Source: Parachlamydiales bacterium (GTDB taxonomy: Bacteria; Chlamydiota; Chlamydiia; Chlamydiales; SM23-39). Taken from it: a stretch of DNA of 64,000 nt. Positions within the stretch are counted from its first letter, which is position 1; each line of letters opens with the position of its first letter. The position numbers were made by a program, and so were the translations under genes. Location of the stretch: assembly GCA_016931275.1 (NCBI GenBank), contig JAFGFA010000028.1, positions 7,333 to 71,332 on the forward strand, in the 5' to 3' direction. The notes beneath the pieces were generated by a model. It was not told the DNA's origin and searched no databases. It worked only from the letters and a program-made list of their open reading frames with translations. Of this stretch, positions 1 through 9,239 are shown piece by piece.

Positions 1-1220
1 CGAATAGATCCTTTTCCCAAATCTTTTTCAATGGCAATCAGTAGAGCCGGACGATTGTATTGCTTTGCAAGGCGGGCTGCAATTATAGGAATAATTCCCG
101 GATGCCATTTGTTGGAATGAAGTACTAAGGCTTTGTCGGAAAGAAGCTTGGGATGATTTTTGATAAAGTTTTCAATGTCTAAAGAAGCTTCTCTTTCGAT
201 TCTTTGCCGTTCTACGTTATATTGATCGAGTTGTTTGGCTAATGTTGCTGCACGATATTTATCCTTAATTAATAAGAGTTCTACCCCTTTCATAGGATCC
301 GCAATGCGTCCCAAGCTGTTTAGACGAGGAGCAACTTTTGAGGCAATGTCCATAGGAGTGATGTCGGCAGCCTTTAGATCGCAGAGTTTAAATAATTGCA
401 ATAACCCGATCCTGCGAGTGTTTTGCAGTTCTTGTAGACCGTAGCGAACTAAAATGCGGTTCTCTCCAAGAAGAGATCCCATATCGGAAATAGTGCCTAA
501 AGCAACAAGATCTAAATAACTTTTTAAATTGATTTTGTCATCAGGAATGATTTTATGGTCTATAAGGAAGTTTGTGACAGCATGAGCAAGCTTAAAGGCA
601 ACACCGACGCCAGTAATTTCTCTGTTTGGATAAGTGCTATTGACCAATTTGGGATTTAAGGTTGCAATACAGTGCGGAATTTTGGAAGTGGGTTCATGAT
701 GATCGGTGACAATAACATCAATATTTTGGCTGACGACATTTTGGATCTCTTGAGCGGCCGTAATGCCACAGTCCACCGTGATTAAAAGGGTACAGTGTGC
801 TTGTAAAGCAAAGGTTAAAGCATCCCCGAAAATACCCTTTTTTTGGAAGGAAGTGTTGGGGATATAATAAAAGGCCTCTAATCCAATTTCTCTGAAAAAT
901 TCGGTAAGTAAGGCTGCCGCTGTCATTCCATCGACATCGTTATCCCCATAGATTAAAATTTTTTCTTTTCGAGCAAGAGCTTTTTGGATGCGCGCTACCG
1001 CTTTGTCCATATCTCGAAAAAGATTAGGAGAAAAGAGGTTGGGAAGTTTCGCATAAAGAAAATGATGAATGTCCTCTAAAACAGTGAACCCTCGAGAAAC
1101 CAGTATTTGGGCCATCACAGGGTGAATATTAAATTCTTGGATGATTTTTTGCGTCCATTTCGCATTTTCTTCCGGATAGACCCATATTGGCTCTTGATGA
1201 TGTTGCCACTGCGAGATCAT
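1..1220 (-). CDS. recJ: Single-stranded-DNA-specific exonuclease RecJ (N-terminal ~406 codons; the 3' end lies beyond the window start)
   Basis: My own minus-strand translation from the ATG at 1220-1218 reads MISQWQHHQEPIWVYPEENAKW... It carries DHH-family motifs (GDNDVDG, ITVDCGI, VTDHHEP) and stays open to position 1. It is absent from the ORF track because it runs off the edge. It has an ATGA-type overlap with the secDF stop codon. Confidence 0.85.
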   Translation of the reverse strand, partial: MISQWQHHQEPIWVYPEENAKWTQKIIQEFNIHPVMAQILVSRGFTVLEDIHHFLYAKLPNLFSPNLFRDMDKAVARIQKALARKEKILIYGDNDVDGMTAAALLTEFFREIGLEAFYYIPNTSFQKKGIFGDALTFALQAHCTLLITVDCGITAAQEIQNVVSQNIDVIVTDHHEPTSKIPHCIATLNPKLVNSTYPNREITGVGVAFKLAHAVTNFLIDHKIIPDDKINLKSYLDLVALGTISDMGSLLGENRILVRYGLQELQNTRRIGLLQLFKLCDLKAADITPMDIASKVAPRLNSLGRIADPMKGVELLLIKDKYRAATLAKQLDQYNVERQRIEREASLDIENFIKNHPKLLSDKALVLHSNKWHPGIIPIIAARLAKQYNRPALLIAIEKDLGKGSI

Positions 1221-4200
1221 TCAGCGCGCTGTTCCTTTTTTTCTTTTAATCGATGAAAAAATAACATTAACGGCGATGCGATGAATATCGAAGATAATGT
1301 GCCATAGATCACTCCGAGCGTCATGACAAATGCAAAGCTGAAAATGGTCGAACCGCCAAGAATGACCAAGGCAAGCAATACTAAAAGAGTCGTTAACGAA
1401 GTGATCGTCGTACGACTGAGAGTGATGTTCAAGGAACGATTAATAACTTCTGTGAAAGATGTTTTTCGCATGACATCCACATCTTCTCGAATTCTGTCAA
1501 AGATAATGATTGTATCATTTAAAGAATATCCAATGATCGTCATCAATGCTGCCACAGTGTTTAATTCAATCTGTAAAGGAGCCCCAAAATAATTGAGAAT
1601 CGCAATGGTTGCCAAAGTGATCACAACATCATGTACAAGGCATATAATGGCGCTTATAGAATATTTCCATTCAAAGCGTACCGTGAGGTAAATTAGAACA
1701 GCAATAAGCGCAAGCAATAATCCCCAAGTAGCATGGGATCGCATGGTCTGAGACATTTTACCACTAATCGCTGTCCAAGATGTATCGAGCTTTGCTAAAC
1801 TGGATGGCTCAATGTCAATCTCTGCTCGTTGCAAGGCTTGGATTACCCATACAATGCGGGGATTATTTTCATAAGGATAGAGAATATTTTCGTTCTCTTC
1901 TTCTAAAGGCATTTCATAGAAAGGTTGACCCGATTCGTTCATTCCTTTAGCTAGGTAAATACGCAGATTGTTTTTGGGAGTCAATTCTCGTACTTGAATG
2001 TTATTGGAAGAGGCTCCAGCTTTCGTCAAAGCATTTTCAACTTTACGGCGATAATCATGGTCTTCTGTAGGGGTTATTTCAACACTAAGAGAATATCCTC
2101 CTGTAAAATCCATTCCCAACAGATGGCTTTTTTGGTGCAATGCTGTAATAGATCCGAGGAAAATCATTATAATGGAACCAAAAATGACAAATTTGGCTGC
2201 TTTGAGAAAATTGAAGTTACTTCCTTTGATCCAATCATGCATGTTCAATTTTTTATGTTGAGGATTTTCTGCCCATTTTGTGAAGAAATAACGAGTCATA
2301 AATAGCGCAGTGAACATCGAGGAGGCAATTCCGATAATTAAGGTGATGGCAAATCCTTTAATAGGACCCGCATCGAAATGTAATAAGATAAGAGCTGCTA
2401 TAATAGTTGTAATATTAGAATCTGCAATCGCACTAAAAGCTTTCTGATAGCCTGCTTGCAATACAGCAGAGAGCCTCTGCGATAACTTGGATTCTTCTTT
2501 GATCCGTTCAAAGACTAAAACGTTCGCATCAACGGCCATACCGACTGTTAATATGACACCTGCAATACCAGCCAGAGAAAGAGTAGCCTGTAAATTCTGC
2601 AATGTTGCCCAAATAATCAAAAGATTAATGAATACAGCCACTGTGGCAATCATCCCTGCAAAACGATAATAGCCTATCATTGCTACTACAACGAGAAAAA
2701 AGGCAACAATGGTTGCTATAATTCCTTTAGCTCTTTCGGATTTTCCTAGTTCAGGGCTGACATTTTTTTCTGAAAGTATTTGCGGAGTAAAACTTAGCGA
2801 TCCCGCTTTTAAATCAGCGACAAGGCGATTAATTTCGCGCATTGTAAAACTTCCTGTAATGGTCGCGCTGTCGGAAACGGCGTCTTCTAAATGAGGAGCA
2901 CTGACAATGTAATTGTTCAGGATAACAGCCATGCGCCATCCCTTGCCATGTCCATAGGCTTCTAAAGGAGTCTGAGAAATTTTTGTTTTAGCAAAACGAG
3001 AGGTCCATTCATATAAAACCGTTCGAGGATTCATTTTTTCTTTGGAATCGGTCGTATAGCTTCCTCGAACATCAAATCGCAAGAAATTACCACGGGAAGG
3101 ATCATAAGCAGATTGTATGTTGGTCAAATTGGTTCCTTCCAATGTAAAATTATAGAAAACGATCATTAAAGGATGTGTTTGTCCTCCCCATTGGGAAAAA
3201 TCGTCCCCTCGTAATAAACCGATTTTGGAAAGCGAATCATCAAAAAGCGAAGAAGGTTTTTCTTCAAAAGGAGAAGCAAGACGTAGTCCATGGTCATAGA
3301 GAATTTTTGCCGAAGCCGAACGGGGTTGAATAACATCCGCATTGAGCGGATCTCCATAAAGATGTTTCCAGGCAATACGATTGATCGATTCACTGTCTTT
3401 TCGGTTCGTAACAACAGCTTCATTCCAAATTTCTTGTAAAAACCGGTTTACATGTACGGCAAGATCTGTATTATTAGGGCCAAATTTTTCGTTGACAATG
3501 TGAAAATACATTGAAGATGCTTGAATAAGATCTACTGCTGAAAAATTTTGTGAGCCCGGAAAGTCGAGAATAATACTGTTGTTGACAGTTTGAATGGTCA
3601 CCTCCGAGATGCCCATTTTGTTGACTCTTTGATATAATTCATTCACTCCTTGCTTAAGATCCGCTTCGTTAGTAACTACCTTATTATTGTTGTCTCGTAA
3701 CTCTATAAGTACGGTTTTTCCTCCGGAAAGATCCAGTCCCCAATGAAGAATTTTTCTTTCATCCCCTCGAAAATATTTTCGTAGGCTCAAAGATATATTA
3801 TCCCAAAAAACACTTCGTATGGGAGGAGGTACTTCTAATCGACGTTCAGGATTGAGACTGACTTGTGCCGAATGATATTCATCTTTGGCTTTCAGCAGAT
3901 CTTCATGAATGGCTGATTCGATTTTATTGAGAGTTAGAATTCTTTGCTCTAAATCGGAAAATTCTAGCATTGCATATTTTTTAGTTCCAAAAACTTGAAA
4001 ATTTTCCCGTGTTGCAGCAAGGATTGTTTGGTAATAGTCCCCTTTTTCAAAAATAAAATCGTTTTTAAAATCGGAGAAAAGATAAGGAGAACTGCCGGCA
4101 AATCCGATAAAACCATTTTGGGTCAGTAAATTTTGAAGTTTTTTAAAATCTTCTAAAAAGGCTTGAGCCAACGGAGTATCAGGGTGCGCTTCATATTTTT

Positions 4201-5728
4201 TTATAATACGGTCTAATCCCTTAGCTATTACGTAAATAGAGTTGGGACGGGTTCCCGGAAGAGGAATAGAAGTATGAATAGAGGGAGTGTAGACGACCAG
4301 GCATAATGTTTTCTTTTCAGGGGGAAGAGTCGAATAGGTGGTATAATCATATATTGGAAAATTTTGTGTAGATAGCTCGTCATGCTTAGGATGCCATCCT
4401 GATAGAATAGCATTCATGATTCTTTTCGTTTGCTGCTCAGCAATTTTGGCAAGATCCAGCGTTAAGAAACTTTTGCTGCCAGTAAGAGTAGGCAAAGAAA
4501 CGCTAAAAGTAGTTCCTTTAGAAAGAATGTGTTCGTCCGTATTTTGCGTAATCAGGGCTATTTCGTTGATCAGAAGTTGATCATATTGATCTTGAGCATT
4601 ACGTGTGAAGGTTTCTTGCGCTGTAATCAAGTCGTCATGAAGAGCAAGAGAAATAGTTTCGTTAGTCCAGTCCAGGGCGATTGTCGCTATAAAAGGATTT
4701 TTATCTCCGACTGTTAGAGTTAATATTTTTTCTGAAGGATCTTTATGGAAAAGAAAATCTAACTCCGATCGCAGAGCATTAAAGCTCCAAGGAATCTGTC
4801 CTTTCATAAAAATCGATTTATATTCATTGCAGAGAGCCAACGTATCGGTAAGCAGTTGAAGTTTGTGATCTAACAGCTGAAGCTTTTGACTATCGACAAA
4901 ATCATTTTTTTGATGGTTCAAGGATGCTTTTTCCATGCGGACTTTGTCTTTTAATTGATCCAAAACCGTGATAAAGCTAGAAAAACGATCGCTTTTATTT
5001 TTTATATCCCCTTGGGTAAACGTAGCAAAATATCGTTGTGCTATAGAAGAATTTTTGGGAAATACTTTGGTAAAGTCATGAAGGTCTTGAGCAAGAGCTA
5101 GGGTAAGATCTTCCGCAAGAGAGGTATTGGGATTTTCTAAAACAGTCTCTATCATTAACGCCGGTTGACTGATTCCTCCTATAGCAATGGCTATTTGCGC
5201 CATTCGATCTAAGGTCACTTTTTGATAGAGATCCGATATTTCTCCGTTAGGAGTTTTTTTGAAGGAAAAAGAAAAATATTCGTCATTTTGTTTTGTGTCG
5301 AAATGAATGCCAATTTTTCTTTGAAGAATTATTTTTTTCGTGTCGCTTGTAACTATGGGGGCAAGACTGAGTTGAGAGGGAACAAAAGGGATCAATACTC
5401 CTGCCTGAGGCATATATTTGCTCAATTTAGCTGCATCAGCCTCTTTGGAAAAGTTCACTTCAATTAAGAGAGGATTTTCTTTAGAGCATTCGATAGATAA
5501 GGGGGCCACCTTAAGCAAAGAACAATAATTGCGAATCCAACGGATTGATTCTTCTTCTAAAGAATTAATACGCTCGGCTATGGAAAAAGCAATAGTATTT
5601 GCTTGTTTTTGCCCTATTGGTTTATGGAGAGGTTTAGAATAATAAAAAATAGTCGGTAAAATATTGTAAACGGTCAGAATAAGTACAGATAAGATAAGAA
5701 TGAATTGCCATGTCTTTTTTTTTTGCAT
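1217..5728 (-). CDS. secDF: Fused protein-export membrane protein SecD/SecF with a very large periplasmic domain (1503 aa)
   Basis: N-terminal TM helix, long soluble region, then two blocks of six TM helices. These include SecD-like LSLAGIAGVILTVGMAVDANVLVFERIKEE and SecF-like IIGYSLNDTIIIFDRIRED. Giant SecD/SecF fusions are typical of Chlamydiae. Confidence 0.9.
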   Translation of the reverse strand: MQKKKTWQFILILSVLILTVYNILPTIFYYSKPLHKPIGQKQANTIAFSIAERINSLEEESIRWIRNYCSLLKVAPLSIECSKENPLLIEVNFSKEADAAKLSKYMPQAGVLIPFVPSQLSLAPIVTSDTKKIILQRKIGIHFDTKQNDEYFSFSFKKTPNGEISDLYQKVTLDRMAQIAIAIGGISQPALMIETVLENPNTSLAEDLTLALAQDLHDFTKVFPKNSSIAQRYFATFTQGDIKNKSDRFSSFITVLDQLKDKVRMEKASLNHQKNDFVDSQKLQLLDHKLQLLTDTLALCNEYKSIFMKGQIPWSFNALRSELDFLFHKDPSEKILTLTVGDKNPFIATIALDWTNETISLALHDDLITAQETFTRNAQDQYDQLLINEIALITQNTDEHILSKGTTFSVSLPTLTGSKSFLTLDLAKIAEQQTKRIMNAILSGWHPKHDELSTQNFPIYDYTTYSTLPPEKKTLCLVVYTPSIHTSIPLPGTRPNSIYVIAKGLDRIIKKYEAHPDTPLAQAFLEDFKKLQNLLTQNGFIGFAGSSPYLFSDFKNDFIFEKGDYYQTILAATRENFQVFGTKKYAMLEFSDLEQRILTLNKIESAIHEDLLKAKDEYHSAQVSLNPERRLEVPPPIRSVFWDNISLSLRKYFRGDERKILHWGLDLSGGKTVLIELRDNNNKVVTNEADLKQGVNELYQRVNKMGISEVTIQTVNNSIILDFPGSQNFSAVDLIQASSMYFHIVNEKFGPNNTDLAVHVNRFLQEIWNEAVVTNRKDSESINRIAWKHLYGDPLNADVIQPRSASAKILYDHGLRLASPFEEKPSSLFDDSLSKIGLLRGDDFSQWGGQTHPLMIVFYNFTLEGTNLTNIQSAYDPSRGNFLRFDVRGSYTTDSKEKMNPRTVLYEWTSRFAKTKISQTPLEAYGHGKGWRMAVILNNYIVSAPHLEDAVSDSATITGSFTMREINRLVADLKAGSLSFTPQILSEKNVSPELGKSERAKGIIATIVAFFLVVVAMIGYYRFAGMIATVAVFINLLIIWATLQNLQATLSLAGIAGVILTVGMAVDANVLVFERIKEESKLSQRLSAVLQAGYQKAFSAIADSNITTIIAALILLHFDAGPIKGFAITLIIGIASSMFTALFMTRYFFTKWAENPQHKKLNMHDWIKGSNFNFLKAAKFVIFGSIIMIFLGSITALHQKSHLLGMDFTGGYSLSVEITPTEDHDYRRKVENALTKAGASSNNIQVRELTPKNNLRIYLAKGMNESGQPFYEMPLEEENENILYPYENNPRIVWVIQALQRAEIDIEPSSLAKLDTSWTAISGKMSQTMRSHATWGLLLALIAVLIYLTVRFEWKYSISAIICLVHDVVITLATIAILNYFGAPLQIELNTVAALMTIIGYSLNDTIIIFDRIREDVDVMRKTSFTEVINRSLNITLSRTTITSLTTLLVLLALVILGGSTIFSFAFVMTLGVIYGTLSSIFIASPLMLFFHRLKEKKEQRAE

Positions 5729-5944
5729 CAGTCCTCTTTTTCTTGTTTAAGTCTAAATAACTTACTGCTCAAAATACGAGCAATTTTTTAAAAAGTCATT
5801 ATATGCTATCGAAACATTCCAGGCTACCTAAAATATAAATACCTATGGAGAAAAAACTTTGACGAAATTTTTATTACATTATTTAGGATGCTTTACAAAA
5901 TTCCTTGCTTATGAAAATCTTTAAGGTTCTTTGTAGGAAAAAAA

Positions 5945-6694
5945 ATGGCTCTAATAGAGAAATCGTTATCGGAATCATGTCTTGTGCCTGATCCAGATCA
6001 TATTCCAGCTCATGTGGCAATCATTATGGATGGGAACCGCAGATGGGCAAAAAAAAATCATTTGCCGATATCGGCCGGTCATTTGGAGGGCGCCGCTGTT
6101 TTGAAGAATCTCGTACAAGTGGCCATAGAATACGGAGTAAAAATTTTTACTGTCTATGCTTTTTCTACTGAAAATTGGAATCGTTCTGTTTTCGAAATTG
6201 AGTCCTTGATGGAACTTTTTCGCGTTTATTTGCAGCAGCAAAAAAACGATCTAATCGCTCAAAAGGTTCGCTTAAAAGCGATTGGAGATCTCTCCGCCCT
6301 TCCCGTAGAATTGCAAATGATCCTTGAGGAAGTGATGGAAGCGACCGCTGGAGGTTCTGTGTTCGATTTGATTATTGCAGTCAACTACGGAGGGCGTGAT
6401 GATATCACGCGGGCTGTGAAAAAAATAGCGCAAGATATTGAACAGAAAAAAATCAGAAAAGAGATGATTGATGAGAGTTTGATTGCATCCTATCTCGATA
6501 CCGCGCAATGGAACGATCCGGATCTTTTGATTCGGACAAGTGGAGAAAGGAGATTGAGTAATTTCTTGTTGTGGCAGATTTCTTATGCTGAAATGGTTGT
6601 TAGTGATGTCTTATGGCCTGAATTTACCCAAAAACATTTTTATGAAGCTATTTTGGAATATCAGGCCAGAAAAAGGAGATTGAGAGGATCATGA
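5945..6694 (+). CDS. uppS: Undecaprenyl (isoprenyl) diphosphate synthase
   Basis: 249 aa with HVAIIMDGNRRWA, FSTENWNR and RTSGERRLSNFLLWQ motifs of cis-prenyltransferases. Confidence 0.92.
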   Translation: MALIEKSLSESCLVPDPDHIPAHVAIIMDGNRRWAKKNHLPISAGHLEGAAVLKNLVQVAIEYGVKIFTVYAFSTENWNRSVFEIESLMELFRVYLQQQKNDLIAQKVRLKAIGDLSALPVELQMILEEVMEATAGGSVFDLIIAVNYGGRDDITRAVKKIAQDIEQKKIRKEMIDESLIASYLDTAQWNDPDLLIRTSGERRLSNFLLWQISYAEMVVSDVLWPEFTQKHFYEAILEYQARKRRLRGS

Positions 6695-7521
6695 TGAACA
6701 AATTTTCCGATTTAAAAAATAGGCTTTATTTTGCCGTGATTGCCGTTTTTTTTGTGGCGCTTGTAGTGGCTTTTCTAGACAATTTTTGGGATCGTATCAT
6801 CCTTTGTATTGTCCTGGGATGGTTAAGTTATAAGTCCTGTGGTGAATTGATAACAATTGCTCAGAAAAAAGGGATCGATATTCATTCCCGGATAGTTCCC
6901 GTAGGGGCGTGTGTTATTATAGCAGGCTTTTTTCTCAGCAGTGAATTTTTTTCGTTTTCTTTGTTGCCTCTCTTTTTCCTCTTTATTTTAGTCATGATCA
7001 TTTTCCTTTTCGACTTTCGAGCCATTGAAGGCGCTATCGTTCGGGTAAGCACTTCTCTTTTTGCGATCTTATATGTTGCCTTTCCCTTAGGCCTGATTAT
7101 GTTTTTTCGCAATGATTTCTGGGGATTTTCCAACGGACAATTTTGGCTGATCTATCTTCTTATTGTGACGAAAGGAACCGATATTTTCGCATATTTTGGA
7201 GGAAAAATCTTGGGTAAACACAAATTAGCTCTACAGTTGAGTCCTAAAAAAACTATGGAAGGATTTTGTATGGGCCTCTTGGGATCTTTAGGGTTAAGCC
7301 TTCTTTTTTTGTGGAGTGGAAAACTTTTATGGTCTGATGCAATTGTGCTGGGCATCATTATAGGTGTTTTGGGACAAATAGGAGATCTGGCGGAATCTCT
7401 TTTGAAAAGAGATGCCGCCCTTAAAGATAGTAGTACCATTCCAGGACAAGGCGGTTTTTTGGACATGGTCGATTCATTGCTTTTTACTGTTCCTTTGCTA
7501 TATTTTTATTTAATGCTATAA
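6691..7521 (+). CDS. cdsA: Phosphatidate cytidylyltransferase (CDP-diglyceride synthase)
   Basis: 276-aa polytopic membrane protein with the C-terminal CTP-transferase signature SLLKRDAALKDSSTIPGQGGFLDMVDS. ATGA overlap with uppS. Confidence 0.85.
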   Translation: MMNKFSDLKNRLYFAVIAVFFVALVVAFLDNFWDRIILCIVLGWLSYKSCGELITIAQKKGIDIHSRIVPVGACVIIAGFFLSSEFFSFSLLPLFFLFILVMIIFLFDFRAIEGAIVRVSTSLFAILYVAFPLGLIMFFRNDFWGFSNGQFWLIYLLIVTKGTDIFAYFGGKILGKHKLALQLSPKKTMEGFCMGLLGSLGLSLLFLWSGKLLWSDAIVLGIIIGVLGQIGDLAESLLKRDAALKDSSTIPGQGGFLDMVDSLLFTVPLLYFYLML

Positions 7522-7530
7522 GAGAAGTAT

Positions 7531-8847
7531 ATGATTATTACCATTGATGGGCCTGCAGGGACGGGAAAGTCGACTATTGCTAAATTATTATCAAAAATTT
7601 TGGAATTTGACGTGTTCGATACAGGTGCTATGTATCGTGCTTTCACGTGGTATCTTTTAGAAAAAAAAATAGAGATACATCATTCCGAGCAGATCGAACG
7701 TGCTCTAAATGATTTTTTTTTAGATATTCACAAAGATGAACAAGGGGACAATCACTATTTTGTCGAAAGCCAGGAAATAACACAGGCTATAAGATCTAAA
7801 GAAGTCACTGAGGTTGTGTCTCAGGTTTCTGCATTAGAGGTCGTAAGAAAGAACCTGGTAAAATTGCAAAGAGCTTTTGGAAAAAAAAGAAATGCTGTTT
7901 TTGAAGGAAGGGATATGGGTAGCGTTGTTTTTCCCCATGCCGATCTTAAGTTTTTTTTAACGGCGACACCGGAGGTTCGTGCTTTAAGACGATATCGAGA
8001 GCTATTGGCAAAATTTCCCGATCATAAAGATTCTATTCAATATCAGAAAATCTTTGATGAAATACAATTGCGAGATCATCGTGATTCGACGAGAAAATTG
8101 TCTCCGCTTCTATGTCCTTCCGATGCCTATCTGATCGATACGACAGAAATGTCTATCGAAGAAGTGCTGGATGCCATGATCGATAAAGGGAGAAAAAAGT
8201 TGCGTTCTTTTCTGTTTCCCCGAACGAAGATGCGTGGGACTTATCGGAATGTTTTGCGCTTTTTTTCTTTTCTTTTTTGCTGGCGCTATCATTTTTATCT
8301 TCACGGGAGGATGAATATTCCTCGAGGAGCCTCTATTCTTGCTGCGAATCATTCTTCCTATTTTGATCCTCCTGCTGTAGCGATTAGTTTTTCAGAAGAA
8401 ATTCATTTTTTAGGAAAAAAGGCTCTTTTTAAAATTCCAATTTTTTCTTCTATCATCAAACATCTCAATACGCATCCTGTTTCGGGAAAAGCTGGAGATG
8501 CTCAGACGATAAAGGAAATCATAAAATTGTTGCGTAGCGGTAAAAAAGTACTCGTTTTTCCGGAAGGAGGACGCGGTATTAGTGAGAAAATTAGAGAGAT
8601 GTTACCCGGGGTTGGTTTTTTATCGTACATGACTAAGGTTCCTATTGTTCCAATATATATACAGGGAACTCGACAGATTTGGCCTACTCATAAAATGTTT
8701 CCTCGATGTTCGGGTTCTTTGCATTGCTATATAGGAAAGCCCATTGTCTTTGCCCATGACACTCATTTAGACAAAAAAGAAACGCTTAAAGCTATCGATG
8801 AAGAACTTCAAACTGCTTTGAGGACTTTGCAGGGGCTGGCTAAGTAA
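7531..8847 (+). CDS. cmk-plsC: Bifunctional fusion: cytidylate kinase (N-terminal) / 1-acyl-sn-glycerol-3-phosphate acyltransferase (C-terminal)
   Basis: One uninterrupted 438-aa ORF. Residues 1-~220 carry the IITIDGPAGTGKST P-loop and the Cmk body (DTGAMYR, EGRDMGSVVFP). Residues ~250-438 carry the acyltransferase motifs NHSSYFD (HX4D) and VFPEGGR. Confidence 0.85.
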   Translation: MIITIDGPAGTGKSTIAKLLSKILEFDVFDTGAMYRAFTWYLLEKKIEIHHSEQIERALNDFFLDIHKDEQGDNHYFVESQEITQAIRSKEVTEVVSQVSALEVVRKNLVKLQRAFGKKRNAVFEGRDMGSVVFPHADLKFFLTATPEVRALRRYRELLAKFPDHKDSIQYQKIFDEIQLRDHRDSTRKLSPLLCPSDAYLIDTTEMSIEEVLDAMIDKGRKKLRSFLFPRTKMRGTYRNVLRFFSFLFCWRYHFYLHGRMNIPRGASILAANHSSYFDPPAVAISFSEEIHFLGKKALFKIPIFSSIIKHLNTHPVSGKAGDAQTIKEIIKLLRSGKKVLVFPEGGRGISEKIREMLPGVGFLSYMTKVPIVPIYIQGTRQIWPTHKMFPRCSGSLHCYIGKPIVFAHDTHLDKKETLKAIDEELQTALRTLQGLAK

Positions 8848-8937
8848 CATTTTTTCTTATGGAAACATTCGAATTATCTTAGCAATCTTTATTGTTTTTG
8901 CTGAGGTTGTCTTGTCGAAATTTTTTCTTTACATTAT

Positions 8938-8967
8938 TTGAACTCTAGTTATTCTGAAAATTATCAA
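8938..8967 (+). promoter_or_regulatory. Candidate sigma-70/66-type promoter for the small peptide gene
   Basis: TTGAAC (8938-8943), an 18-nt spacer, then TATCAA (8962-8967), about 20 nt upstream of the ATG at 8987. GGAGG Shine-Dalgarno at 8973-8977. Confidence 0.3.
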
Positions 8968-8986
8968 GGAATGGAGGAAAATAATT

Positions 8987-9196
8987 ATGGATGCACATAA
9001 AAATTTTAAAGAACTCATTAAATGGGGTTCAGAAAATGATAAAAATCGTCAAAAAGCGATACGAGGAGCTTTGTTCGTTATCAATGTAATGAATGAGACG
9101 AGAGGAAAAAAATTGTCAGACAGTGAACTGGATAAAATTGCCGGGGGCATTGCAGGTTGTTATGATTTAGATAAGCCTCTTGGATTATATGATTAA
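8987..9196 (+). CDS. Small peptide precursor with a double-glycine (bacteriocin/Nif11-like) leader; predicted 15-aa core
   Basis: 69 aa. The leader ends ...KKLSDSELDKIAGG, followed by the core IAGCYDLDKPLGLYD. It has a good SD and its own hairpin terminator. No family assignment could be verified without an HMM search. Confidence 0.55.
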   Translation: MDAHKNFKELIKWGSENDKNRQKAIRGALFVINVMNETRGKKLSDSELDKIAGGIAGCYDLDKPLGLYD

Positions 9197-9209
9197 GTGA
9201 AATCTTTAT

Positions 9210-9239
9210 GAGAATCTCCTGTTGTTATAGGAGATTCTC
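9210..9239. terminator. Bidirectional hairpin between convergent genes
   Basis: Perfect 11-bp inverted repeat GAGAATCTCCT-gttgttat-AGGAGATTCTC. It starts 14 nt after the peptide gene stop and overlaps the stop codon of the minus-strand kinase gene. Confidence 0.6.

Noticed and set aside
235-444. 69-aa plus-strand ORF from the track
   Set aside because: It lies entirely antisense within the well-supported recJ reading frame (DHH motifs on the minus strand). No RBS, and the composition looks like antisense translation.
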